Numbered from the stretch's first letter, positions 50,301 to 62,300 are shown. The stretch: 64,000 nt of DNA from Paraspadella gotoi (GCA_051294375.1 CM119268.1:14418060-14482059); one strand, 5' to 3'. The notes: generated by a model from the sequence alone, not told the origin. Numbers and translations are program-made.

Positions 50301-50912
50301 CGGGCGTCCTTGCGTCGTGATGTAATGACGAATCCCATGTTTAGGCTCTTTGATTTCAAATGTTGGCGTGCACAAGGCCGGATAGCGGTCGAGTAATTGG
50401 TAAAATTGGCTATCCTGGCCGGCGAAGTGGACATGGGAGACTGTTTGGCCGTAGGCTCGAGAGCAGGTGATCGTCGAGTAGTCCTTGAGATCCAGTAATA
50501 GGCCGTCTCGATGGTTCGGGGCGAGGAAATATTGGGCGAGAAAATCTGCGCCCAATATACTTTGAGTGACGTCGGCGACTAACACTTCGAATGGAAATCT
50601 TCTAGGGCCGAGGGTGATGTCTTTCATCATGGTGCCGAAACATTCTATCGGCGTCCCGTTTGCGGCTTGAAGTTGCGGTCCTGAAGGGCCGGCGGCACGC
50701 TGCTCGGGCGTGGGAGGCACCAACGAAAGCATTGCGCCTCCGTCTATGAGCCAGGCTCGTCCGTCGCTGGCGTCGGCCACATGGAGAAGATAAGAGTCGC
50801 GTGGTGAATTATTGTTCTGGCGGGGAATGGCGTTCACCTGCGCCTTCCCGCCTGGCCGTTTCCCGGCTTGGTGGCGCGCTTTTCTCCATAGCGTGCGCAA
50901 CCTTTTTCGCAT
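47316..50912 (-). CDS. pol: Pol polyprotein: aspartic protease, reverse transcriptase, RNase H, integrase (expressed as Gag-Pol by -1 frameshift near 50860)
   Basis: PR LIDGGA. RT: WSSPLH, DYRQLN, KIDLLKGYHQI, PFGLKNA, YLDD (49842-49853). RH: TDAS, DRELYG, TDH, ADALSR. IN: HNLGH...CVAC, HVD, SDRG, GLVE, then GPF. Stop inferred at 47316-47318 (TG+N) from the 5' LTR copy, which reads GGG GCC TGA. The ORF-track extension to 47151 is read-through of Ns. Confidence 0.96.
47317..47355 (-). repeat. Visible first 39 bp of the 3' LTR (remainder in gap 47217-47316)
   Basis: CAGGCCCCGAAAGCAAAGAAGCCGGGATCAAATCCCACA is identical to 52720-52758 and is directly adjacent to the PPT. Confidence 0.9.
47356..47363 (-). 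promoter_or_regulatory. Polypurine tract (PPT)
   Basis: GGGGGGGA on the minus strand immediately before the TG of the 3' LTR. Confidence 0.85.
50819..50864 (-). promoter_or_regulatory. Programmed -1 ribosomal frameshift signal (slippery G GGA AAC plus stem-loop)
   Basis: pol is in the -1 frame relative to gag. The heptamer GGGAAAC (50858-50864) is in the correct phase (CCG GGA AAC), followed by a 5-nt spacer and the hairpin GGCGGGAAGGCG/CGCCATTCCCCGCC (50819-50852). Confidence 0.85.
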
Positions 50913-51973
50913 CTATAGGCGGCGTCTCCAAATTTTAAATGGAATGAGCAAATTTGCTTGAGCCGCGAAGAGGTTGCGCCATCCGGTTTTCCAGCTGACT
51001 CTCGCGAGGCGCTGGAGGCGTGGTTCGACCTGGTTGAATTCTGAGGACGTTGGTCGCGGCGTCGATTTACCGCGTTGACTTCTGCGCGATCCTCATCCTC
51101 ACTAGAGAGTGGGAAGTCGTCGTCACAATTGACGAGGTTGATGGGCATCGCGGCGTTCTTGTAGAGCGGTTTGCCGGCCGCATCAAAGTGCTTATCGGCG
51201 ATCGCGGCCAGCTCCGCGGCTGTGGACGATTCGGCGCGGTCGATGACGCTTGCTTTGATCGCTGGGGGAAGGCCTCTGATGACGAGCTCTTTCCTGATGT
51301 CATCGAGCGTCACCGTTGATGACTTCTCGATGAGGCGGGCCAGGTGTTGGGACGGTCTCATATCGTCGCGGGCAATCCTGGCGTCAAGGAGCATCTCAGC
51401 TTGGCGCCGCTTTGTTAAACCGTACTCGGCGCGGAGGTAGTCGATAAAAGCCGTCCATCTCACTTCAGACGGTTCTCCGTATAAGAACGCATTAATGCGC
51501 GGGTCGACGTCGACGGAGATCTTCGCCTCCAGGAAGGCGAACTTATCCTTAGCTGCGATGACTCTCGCTCGCGTGTAGGCCGATTCTACCCGCCTGATCC
51601 AGATCTCAATGTTGTCGCGGTCGAAAGGCGGGAGATCTGGTTTCCTTGGCTTTTCTGAGCGAGCGAGCGCCTCCTGAGCGGCGCGGGTAGCGGCCATGGC
51701 GGCGTCGAGCGCTGCACGTAGGGATTCCACTTCCATTTGCGTTGGCGGAGCCTCTGCCATCGTCGCGGGGGCGTCTACAAAGATTTCCTGTGCAGTCGGA
51801 GGGAAAGCAAAGTTTCTCGCGGATTGTGGCGTCTGACGGGCCGCTGGGGGCGCCTCGACTTCTTCGGCGTGGATGTCGGGCGTTGGAGAGAGTCTGCCGC
51901 GGCGAGCTGAAGACGGAATTAAAAGCGACGCGGCTTGGGCCCTTGTGGTGACGCTGGGAACTGGTGGTGGCAT
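50834..51973 (-). CDS. gag: Gag polyprotein (379 aa) with CHCC (Cx2Hx9Cx3C) knuckle
   Basis: ORF lies just downstream of the PBS. It has a 'DLPPF..IEIWIRRVE' capsid-like N-terminal motif and C-terminal CSFHLKFGDAAYRCEKGC (50897-50950). Confidence 0.92.
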   Translation of the reverse strand: MPPPVPSVTTRAQAASLLIPSSARRGRLSPTPDIHAEEVEAPPAARQTPQSARNFAFPPTAQEIFVDAPATMAEAPPTQMEVESLRAALDAAMAATRAAQEALARSEKPRKPDLPPFDRDNIEIWIRRVESAYTRARVIAAKDKFAFLEAKISVDVDPRINAFLYGEPSEVRWTAFIDYLRAEYGLTKRRQAEMLLDARIARDDMRPSQHLARLIEKSSTVTLDDIRKELVIRGLPPAIKASVIDRAESSTAAELAAIADKHFDAAGKPLYKNAAMPINLVNCDDDFPLSSEDEDRAEVNAVNRRRDQRPQNSTRSNHASSASRESAGKPDGATSSRLKQICSFHLKFGDAAYRCEKGCARYGEKRATKPGNGQAGRRR

Positions 51974-52086
51974 CGATCGAGTTGTTGAACGTCTTGACGC
52001 TGAGTTCCGGCGTCGCTGTGTTTAGTCTGACTCCAAGAGGTTGGTGGGCGTCTCGAGTATCGCTCGAGAGGCTCTAGTAGTTCGTA

Positions 52087-52099
52087 GTCGGGATTACCA
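52087..52099 (-). promoter_or_regulatory. Primer binding site, tRNA-Trp-like
   Basis: The minus strand reads ...CCACA-T-TGGTAATCCCGAC, 1 nt after the LTR end. It is 11/13 identical to the tRNA-Trp PBS TGGTGACCCCGAC typical of CsRn1-clade elements. Confidence 0.75.
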
Positions 52100-52100
52100 A

Positions 52101-52758
52101 TGTGGCGGACGGATACTAATAGCCACGTTCGTTAGAATCTCAAGTTTCATGAGTTCGTTCAAATAATAAAATGTTTCCAAGAACAAAAAATGTTTATTTG
52201 TTCAGTTGTAAAATAGACCTTAATAAAATAATCAAAGCATATAGATATTCACTGCTTTTGTCAGCAAGCAATTAGAATACCTATATGTCTCAACAATGCA
52301 ATAACAATTAATAAACATTATTAATTAGCTAATAATCATTAACGAGTAATATTGATCTGAAGACTGATGTAGAACAAAATCCTTTGTGAAAAGGAAAGGA
52401 ATCAGTTAAGGTAAAAATGGAAACAATAAAATTGCTACTAGTGTGATCTAGTATAACATAGGTAAATGATGATGATGTCCTTTTGTTTGGACATGATTAT
52501 GTTAACATACTATCATAATACAATGTATTTGGAATATCTATTGTTAGATGTTGAAGTGGTGAAAACCACTGGGTCATAGTTCTTGGATTATAAGTCCCGG
52601 GATCGAATCCGGGAGATGACTCTTTTTATTGTGATTCAATTAAATCGTTTTAGGGGAATATGTATGTAAAATAAGAGATTGTTTATTTACAGAGCTAATT
52701 GGTAATTTGTTCCCCTTCTCAGGCCCCGAAAGCAAAGAAGCCGGGATCAAATCCCACA
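52101..52758 (-). repeat. 5' LTR (658 bp), TG...CA termini
   Basis: Termini TGTGG...CCACA form a short inverted repeat. One end abuts the PBS and the other matches the sequence following the PPT. The LTR is AT-rich against a GC-rich internal region. Candidate AATAAA poly(A) signal on the minus strand at 52193-52198. Confidence 0.9.
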
Positions 52759-55700
52759 TATTTCCTACGCGTCGCGGTCACTCAGTACTTTGTGGTAACA
52801 GTCCATTTACTTTCCAAGACAGAAGGGGAAGAGAGGAGCGGGGTAAGGCGATCCCGGGGTAAGGGGAAACCGGACTTATACTGAAGCGTCGGCGGGCCGA
52901 CGTTTTTAATATTCATGACGGAGGAGGCATCGCAATTTGGTCGTCGATTTACAGAGATTTTCATGGGAGGGAAACTGGGAGAAGGGATGTGAGGTTGTTG
53001 ACGAGATTCGAAAGAAGATATTTTTTTTTTCGGGTTGAGAAACGAGTGATTTTCGGAGAAATCATTTTGATGGGGGATTTTTTTTTAGGCCTTTAAGGTG
53101 TCTCTGTGTCCGGCCGGGGTCGTCATACTTGCATTAAGTCTCTGATTTTCATTTAAACTGTCGATAAACAATTAAACAAAATAACAAAATAAACATTTAA
53201 ACAACTTAGTGAAATGGCTTCATTCCCATCCCTCCTCCTAAATCAATATCTCTGCCCGACTTCTATAACCACGTTCTCTGCCCGCCTCGTGTCTTACTTT
53301 GCCCGTCTTTCTCTCTTCCTCCACCGCCCTTCGACGACAAAACCATTTCTCGTTTTCGTTGAGCGAAAAAAAAAACCCCGAAAAATCGGAAATAAGACTC
53401 GAGTTCAAAGTTCGACCGTAAACACAATACGGAGAGAAAGATGAAATGATTCAGAAAATGGAAAAAATGAATAGAATTCCTAAAAAAAATATGGGAGGAC
53501 GGAAGAAAACCTTAAACTGTGAGGAAGATTCTGAAGTTATCAATTTTATAAAACGAAAAGCAAATAGTGAAAGAATGAAATGGTTAAATAGTGAAATTCA
53601 AATGCGACATCTTTCGTTAAAATTTTCATGGTTTCTACCCGAGACACAGCGAGAGTTATCGCCAGTTATTCAGCATGAAACCCAAGCTGAATGGGCCAAT
53701 CGCCCCCCTACAACACCCTCGTTGATAATAATCCGGTCTCCAATTTCACCACAAATTTTATTCATCCATTCTTCATTGGGTCTTTGATCTACAGTCCGGA
53801 AATCGGTCCTCTTCCACTGTAATGTCAAAGGAAATTGGCATCCAACCGCAATGGGGTTCCAGCAAAAGTGGGTTAATTGGCTTTCAGTCAACATTGGCCA
53901 ATCTCTTTTTCTATGTTTGGCAATGTTTGGTCTCTCATTGATTCGGCATCCGGGCATCCTCCGATTGGTTTCCAACCAATCCTTCCAAGGTCAAAAGACA
54001 ACGGAAAATCTCTCTTCAATCTCTCTGATCCAAGGTTTTATTTTTTTTTTTGCGATGCCATTTGGGTTCAGACCAAACCCGGGGTCCTACGTTCCAAGTG
54101 GGGCATCGTTTCGCCATTACCCAAACGGCAACACACTGGTTTCTCTGGCTCTCCGTTTTCCTCCGTCAAAGGCCATATAACCAGTTAACCAGCGCCGAAT
54201 TAAGCTACCTCTCTGGTTCACGACCCTCCCGGAGACCTTACCTTCTCTGCTTACCACCTCCGCTACACAACCGCCACTCCTTCCCACACAACAGCCTCAA
54301 TACGCCCCCACAACCGCACCCCTTCCCCACAACTGCCTCTTCCGCCCCCGTCCAAAGGTCCATAATCCGCCCATTATCGCCTCAGTAATAATCGGCAGAG
54401 TCGATATTCATTAGCCTCGCCGCATGAATCTTCTTCGAGTCAATTGCCGTTCCCCTGGGGGGGAGGAGGGGTTGTGGTGGGAGAGTAGGGGGGGAGTAGG
54501 GGGGGCGCGGTTGAAAGTAGACAGGGGAACGTGAAAAGGTTGGGAGGGAACTCGCGGGTTAGGGGATTGAACGGATGCGGCACGGAGGGCTTTAGGATCT
54601 CGAAGGTTGAAATATGGACGCTGCAGGGCTGAGACGTTGAGATGGTGGTAACTAATGGTGATAACTCGGAGGTTACAACACACCCGTCGATTTATCATTT
54701 ACGAAATGGAGTGAAAGGTGAGGAGGTCGGAAAAAGTTAATTTATATTCACAACTCGGAAATTGTCTTACCTTGAGCTCTGTGTTTGTAAATGACATGAT
54801 TTTAAATTTTTTTATTCCGGATACTAAAAAAACGTAATTATTTTTTAATTTGCTGATGAGACTCGTAACACTAAGAGTCGAAACATGTACAATAATAAAA
54901 GTAAAAATTGCTATTACAACAATTTTAGTTTCATCTCTAAACATAATTTAAAATTATAAAGTTTGTGGACCCAAAGAAATTAACTTTTCCTCGAAGAAGA
55001 GATATTTATTCGAATTGTTTATTTATCGCCAGAGATTGAACCAGAAAGAGAGTTCCAGTCCAGCTGCAAGCCGCCCGCTGTTTTCGTTTTCGAGAAGGAA
55101 CGATCGAGCGAGGCCTCGATTTTTTTCGGAGAAAACAGAACGCGGCGAAGAAAAGCATTTACGATCGAGAGACAATGACTCGATTTACTTTCACGGTCAC
55201 GATCGGAACTGAACCAAATGACGACTTATGAGAATGAGAATAATCACTCTCTATCTCTCATTCTCATAGTAGAGGCATTTTAGCCGATCGGGATTTGATT
55301 ATCTAAATTTATCAGTGTCGATCGAGCATTTCTTCCTCTCTCTCTCGCTCTCTCTCTCTCCTCTCTCATCTCTCTCTCTCTCGTCTGTCTCTCTCTCTCG
55401 TCTCTCTTCTTTCTCTCTCTCTCTCTCTCCTCCCCACGTCTCACTCGTTCTCTCCCCCTCTCACCACCTCTCTCCGCTCCACCCCCCAACCACCGAAAAA
55501 AAACCCAGTCGTCAAGCCGACCAAAAAGAAGTGGCCGCACGATAAGCAATGAAACAATAAACAGCCCTCATGGCGCTTCCGCGAGTCGTCCGCGAGCCTG
55601 AGAAGCGTAAAAAAAAAGCCGAAACGCCGAAAAAGCCATCAACCGATGTAGCGAAACAAAAAAGCCGCAACGAAAAAGGCAAAAAAAAAAAAAAAAAAAA

Positions 55701-56285
55701 CAGAAGCTGAGAAGTACGAGAAACTGGCTGACGTAAAGAAAAAAGTTTTAAAAAAATGTGGAAAAAAATCGAGAGTGAAAATGGAAGGAAAGAGAATGAG
55801 AAAAAGAAAAATGGGTTGTGATTGGAAGTATCGCAATCGACGTGAGTTGTCAATTTGTTAGTCAAATTGACAAGGGAAGTCTGTTTGGGTCGTTACGATC
55901 GAGATTTCTTGGCCGCCGTGTTACTAGCTAAGTGCGTGTTTACAATTCGAAGGTAACAAACTAATTCAAAGGATTTAATCGACCTTAATTAGAATAGCCT
56001 GAACGAAGCTATTCTATATTTTTTTTTATTTTTTAAAATACAGTTCGCTAAATAGGACAAGCAAGAAAGCAGATATCCTTTCACCGACCGAACGCCAATA
56101 CATGTCTCGCGAGACAAATTGGAAAACTGTTTTTAGTCACACGATTAACTCGGAGAAAAAGTTCGAAATAAGGGCGGATTCAACTTTGATGGCTGTTTAA
56201 TGGTGGATAAAAGACAAGATGTGGACCAAAGAAAGAAAGAAGAAAATTAAAAATAAACTTTTCGATTGGGTTGAGAAAGTGAGAG

Positions 56286-56363
<78 letters not shown>

Positions 56364-59300
56364 TTTGCTCCATCAAAAACACGTTTCGTCTGAATGCGTG
56401 TGACTGAACAGCCGCGGAGCAAGAACTAGAAAGAAAGAAAAAGAAAGAGAGAGAAAGAACTAGAAAGAAAGAAAAAGAAAGAGAGAGATAGAACAAGAAA
56501 GAAGGAAAAAAGGAAATAATAAAAAAAAAGAAGGCCCAAAATTGAAGGGGAGAGTAGAGCGGCGGCCGGCACAGAGAGAGGGAGGAAAACAGTAGATTGG
56601 ATTTCAGGGTCTTTCAAAAGGAAGTCTAATTTCTGGCATTCTTTACCGTCATCTGGTTCTGTACTCCTTTCCATTCTTTTCTCTTGTATTCTCTCTCTCT
56701 CTCTCTCCTCTTCATCTGCTCATCTTCTGACCTCTTGACGATTTGATACTGATCTATTGCCATCATACTTCGGATGCCTACATAATTCGTCTTCCTTCTG
56801 AACGAGTCAATCCTCTCATCCGCCTATTCTCCTTTTTGAGATAAATGATTCGATTCATCTAGGTATTCCCTCCTCCCTGAAGCTCCCAAGACCCTCCAAT
56901 AATCCAGGCCCACACACACTACAAAGCTCTTTACAGCTCGCACCCTTCCTCCCTCATCTATTATATTATATTTTCGTGTATGTGCATAATCTGTGTCCAT
57001 TGACCGATGATACATGTACCTGCTTTAATAAAATGAAGAAGTTTTGCTTAGACTCAACAGAATCTTACTCATTGGTAAAGAATATTCTAGTTGTTCAAAA
57101 TACCACGTTCCAAAACGTCTATATAGATATTTATAAATATGAAAAGAGTTCATCCGTGATCAGACACACTTGTACTGTCGAAAGGACTACCTAATTGAAA
57201 ACTTCATGAAAATTCATGAAAATTATGTCACTGCTCTTGCCTCAAACCACAATTTAAGCTGATGGCTAGTAAATATCTTACTCACCAAGGATTGCCACAG
57301 AAATAATAAAACGGAACAAAATTAGACAATGCCATGTCTGTATTAATTATAATATTTAAACAGACTTATTAAAGAGGCGCCTCTAGCATGCCCTGCGTGG
57401 CCCTCGCACAGAATTGCTCTCATTGATCTTTTGGACCCTCTGCCTAGATATCTTCAGGAGTCTGGCGTCTCTTCCGCCGTTACGTAATCGAGTATATGCG
57501 AGATAATTTTTCGAGGAATGTTTTTTGATTCGCAACATCGGAGCGCCTCTTCCGAAGAGGTAGTCCAAAGTTTTTCTTAAAACTATTTCGATCTTCTTAT
57601 GCCCCATGACTCTTGTGTGAGATTGTGTAGTAACTGGATGAAAATGTTGTTACAGCAAAAGAAACACGATCGTAGTAAATTCTCGATGCCTTGGGACGTT
57701 TAACATGTTGAGACAAAGTAATTATTACTAGCAAGTCATCAAGCTTATACCGACGAACCTCAATCAAATCGCTTGATTACGTATTTTAAAACTATATATA
57801 ATGAACACATACTTTTGTAAAATTGGCAAAAGTATTGAAAAAAGGTGAGTTTCAAATAAACATGACCCTTCTGATCTCATCTTAACGGCCGAAGTCATTT
57901 CAAGTGACTCGATCCGTCACCCGAATGAAATGTTTATCACTCCGGATCTGGATATTCTCGAATGGAAAACTCCCTCGAAGAATGAGTTCTGAAACAGCTT
58001 TTAAAAAGCATAAAGAAATCGTTCCTAGTCTGCGTATCTGCAGAACTTTCTCTAAGAAGTTATGCGTAAACCCCGAGATAATAAAGAGTGCATTGAAATT
58101 GGATGAAACTTGTTTTCGTACACGTGAGTCTTTGCGGTGAACATAATAAAAAAATTACAAACAAAAGTTTACCTGCTATCAAGTTTTAGATATGAGTGGG
58201 CTACAGAATTTATTAAAGTTAAAAAAACATTATAATAATGATGTTTTATTGCTCCATATTTGCCAATTAATTCGATCACATCTCACTTTAGAACAACGCT
58301 AAGAGATGATTCGAAAATCAATAATAATTTAACCTTTGAGTTATTTGCCAGACTTCTTTCGTGCAAGTAACCGTTTCGAGGTCAACTTGGGTGTGACGAA
58401 TGGCTTATTGGAATCATTGGCAGACTGCTACGTCTTTAGACTTCACTCCAATTCCTTCCGATGTGACAAACGACGTCTGTCTCTGGGGACTTTCCCGACC
58501 CATTTGTCGAAAATCTCCTCGTAATAACACGATAGAAGTATAGCTCTTATTCTCGGTGGTTAGTAAACGATTTAGCAATAGATCTCTTATCTTTTTCTCC
58601 TTTTATTTCACTTTCTTCTTATTAATTATTCAATAAATTTCATTATTGCTAAAGCATTTTCAATTGCTCTTTGCGCGAAGTTCTATTTTCACTCGTCGTT
58701 TCTTCCATTACTTATTCGTATTCAGTCTAATACCAGCAGAGAAACCCAAATTATTAGCAGCAAGCTGCAAAGCTTCATTCGTATATGTGCTCGAATCTTC
58801 CCTCGTGTATGATTTATTACTATCGTATATCCTCCTCACGAGTCTCCAACTGCACGTCCAACACCCACAGTTGTTCACTTTATCCCAATGAATTGCGGAG
58901 ATAACACGCCTTCTAGCGCGTAGCATACTGTAGAGCGGGACGTCTCCCGTCATCTGCACACCCTGAGGTAGCGCATCTTTTTGCCGAACTATCTTTGAAA
59001 CTGGCCTGGTTGAATTCTCTTTGAGTCCCTGAATGAACTTCTCGCCTAAATATGATCGGTTTTTGGCGTACGATAAGAAAATCATTTCTTGCTAAATAAC
59101 ATTTATTGGAAATTTCTTTAGAGGGTGTGTATATCTTTATATTATACAGATTTAAATATAAATTCATTCTTAATCAACTAAATAATCAACAATAGAATCC
59201 TTTCGCGAGATTTAATTTTACAATAACCTGATCAAATTCTCAAATCATGTTCGATTGCCCTCTTTGGCTCTTAATCCACTCGTGTCTTCCTCTTAACGTG

Positions 59301-62300
59301 CAATTCCGATGACCGATTCCCCGTCTATTTCGTGCCTCTTCGCATTGACGTCACTCTGGCTGTAGTCTTCGTCATCTTCTTACACTCCGGAGACAAGACC
59401 TCTTCTCAAATCAACAACACTATTCAAACGCCAATAGAACTGAATTTGCCGTCTCAACTGAAATTGATAAAAACAATATATTTAATCAACCTTATAACTT
59501 CATTCTCTTATTATATAAAAACAATATTAACCATTGTTTTTTACATCTTCTTGTGAGATATTTTTACTCATTACTCAAATTATCAATTGTTTACTCACCA
59601 CAAATGTTGAAACTTGAGAAACTACCCTCACTACGGATTGTGCCAGTAGTGTCTATCATCTTTATTCTTACTAGTGTGTTACCCCGCACAGAAATCGTGA
59701 TCAATGAGAAGACCCTTCTGTACGTTTATTGCTGCGCTCGGATATGTACATCAGTTACCCAACGCTGACCATCACCAGAGAGATTGCACTTGCGATCAGA
59801 GAAGCAGATGAGCGCAAAGAGAGAGCACTCCCCAGCAGACCCAGTATTGGTGCAGCAAGATTCTAAATGGGCGGGTGCCTAAAATAAAATAATAAATCAA
59901 TTAAGAAAACTAATAAAACAGGATATATGAATATTTACAATTAAAAAAACCGCTTTAAGAAGTTGAGGAGTAGAGAAAGCGAGTATATAGAGAGAAAGGG
60001 AGCGAAAGAGACATAAAAAAAATTTCATATTCGTACCCTAACTAACTTATTTAACACGGAGAGAGACACCATCTTCGATTATCTTCACTTCTCTACAGGC
60101 TCGAGCCCCGGTGTATGTCTCAAACAAACGATATGTCACTTATTGAATCTCATCGCCATTGATCTGCCAACTTGCTCAGAGCTGATGCGAAGGGCTTTCC
60201 AACTTCCTTCAAGGAAATACTTAACAACCTCTGTCCACTCTAGAGAACCTATAAATCTTATATCTGATACGAGAGTAGAGTGAGAAAAGTTTCCCACGAG
60301 CCGCGCTCCCAGAATAGAGAATCATAATATATGTTTCTCTATCGTAATCTCACTATAATTACTGTTGTTACCTAGATACCGCCTCGGTCTCCTCCGTGAG
60401 CCCTTTTCCAATTCCGTGTATACTCCCTTGCTCTTTTTTTTTCCAAATCGAGAAGCGGCCAAGGCCCGGTTTAAAATACCCACGAGAGCGCGGTCCCCAT
60501 TGAGGTCGCCTCACTGCTGCACAGGTCCGAAATTCGAGAATTGCGGATGATGCACAGCAGCCTTCACTTCCCGCTGAGTCCAGCGGTTCTGTGGCATCGA
60601 AGCAGCGATAGTGGCAAAGATGATAAATGAAATCATTTTGTTTTATATCCTTTAAAGTTTAGAGAAAATATGAAAATTCTAGTTATATCTAATTTCGTCT
60701 GTTCGAAAAGCGAGAAATAAAATTTAATTCTTTGTTTACCATTTGAGTTTCGAAGTTTTGGCGGAGATATCTTTATTCCGATTTGGTGAAGTGCGATTGA
60801 AACGAATATCCTTCGTTTCGCCTTAAGTTACCAATGACCATTGGAACAGAGCCCGAGCAGTCGAGTTTTAGGGAGATTGTAAACAAATCTTTAATCGATT
60901 TCTAACTATTGTCATTGATACACACTTTATGTTTATTTTGAAATGCCCGGCCTCCCACATTTTGCAGATCTGCTATTGCTATTGCTTATCGTGTATTACT
61001 GTGTTACTGTATGATGTAACCTGAATTTTTGATCCGATTACTTTTTTTTCCGCCCTCAACTTTTACATAAAGCAATTATACCAACAAATAACATACACAT
61101 ACTTTTTGAAAAATAATTAATAAAATCCTACTTAATGATTAATTATATTTAGGAGGGGCGGGTTCAGGAAATCAAAGAGTTGTTGTTTCGTTTCGCGGCC
61201 CCTCGTTCTTTATTAAACAAAAGTATTGGCCTTCGCTGAATTGTAAACAAAACGCTTTTTGGTTCTCGATCGCTTGTAATTCTTTCTTCCAGTCGTGATT
61301 TTGGCCAGCGTAACAATTGTAATTCGCTTCCCGTTTATTTCTCGTTTGTTTCCAACGTTATTAATATAATCAAAGAATACTCAATCATCCTTTAAATATA
61401 ATTAGGCTAAATAATTCGTCAATTTATTACAGCGAGTTAGTAATTAAGAACGACAAAGAGCCATCCAGTTGATGCGATCGCGCCTCGTTTAAAAAAAGCC
61501 TTTGAAACAGGAGAATAAATCTCTGCGTTGGGAATCCGTAGAAATATAAGGAGCCTCTTCGGCTCCTTTTTTTTTTTTCCTTTCTTTTTTCCTTCTTTCT
61601 TTTCTTATCTTCTCTTTCTTCTTCTTTCTTTCTATCTTTCCTCTTCTTTCTTTTTCTTTCTTTTTGTCTTTACTTTTTTCTTATTTCTTTCCTTCTTCCT
61701 TTCTATCTTTTTTATTTTACATTTCTTTTCCCTTTCGTTTTTTCTGTGTTCTCTTTCTCTTTATTTCTTTTCTTTCTTCCTTTCTTCCTTCTTTCTTTCC
61801 TTTTATTTCTTCTTTCTATTTAGCTTTCTTTTATTCTTCTTCTTTGTCTCCCCCCGGCCCATCACCTCCCTCATCCTTCCCCCATTTCTCTTCTCTTTTC
61901 ACTCCTGGTCTCAACATCAAACCAATGGCGTGGAATGCCGATGGATGGTTCATAAAATGGTCACCTGAAAAGGAGTTCGGATTCGGAACACCTCTTCCGA
62001 CCCTCACCCTTTCAACTCCGAGAGCCACTTCTTTAGCCCTCAACCCACCACTCTCTCCACCTTTATTTAAATCATCACACGTTTAAAACTTCTCTCACCC
62101 CACAACTCCCAAATCACCCATCTGCACACCCGCCCTTTTCCTTTGAATTTCCGCCAAACCGTATTCATCTTTTTTATCCCAAACGCGTATCTTGAGTGAC
62201 AATTTTCAATTTCCTCATATTCTAAAAACATTCGGAAGAGAGAAAAACTTTTTTTCCCTTTTTTAATTTTTTTTTAATGGTCAAATGTTTTGACTTTTTG

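Larger units (their letters stand above)
47316..52758 (-). mobile_element. Ty3/Gypsy LTR retrotransposon, CsRn1/Kabuki-like clade; 3' LTR mostly hidden in a 100-N gap
   Basis: Order on the minus strand is 5' LTR, PBS, gag, pol (PR-RT-RH-IN, the Gypsy order), PPT, start of 3' LTR. The 39 visible bases of the 3' LTR (47317-47355) are identical to 52720-52758. Both ORFs are uninterrupted. Confidence 0.96.

Noticed and set aside
47516-51951. Antisense and alternate-frame ORFs within the retrotransposon, including a possible third (env-like) ORF at 47030-47794
   Set aside because: Shadows of a GC-rich coding region. There is no signal peptide or TM pattern, no room for env between pol and the LTR, and the 254-aa ORF spans the gap.
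52759-52763. Target-site duplication of the LTR element
   Set aside because: The other flank is inside the 100-N gap, so it cannot be assessed.
57480-57640. Faint integrase zinc-finger or RT-connector resemblance (HTRVMGHKK..., WTTSSEEAL)
   Set aside because: The two motifs are in different frames and in the wrong order, with no supporting RT, RH or DDE motifs nearby.
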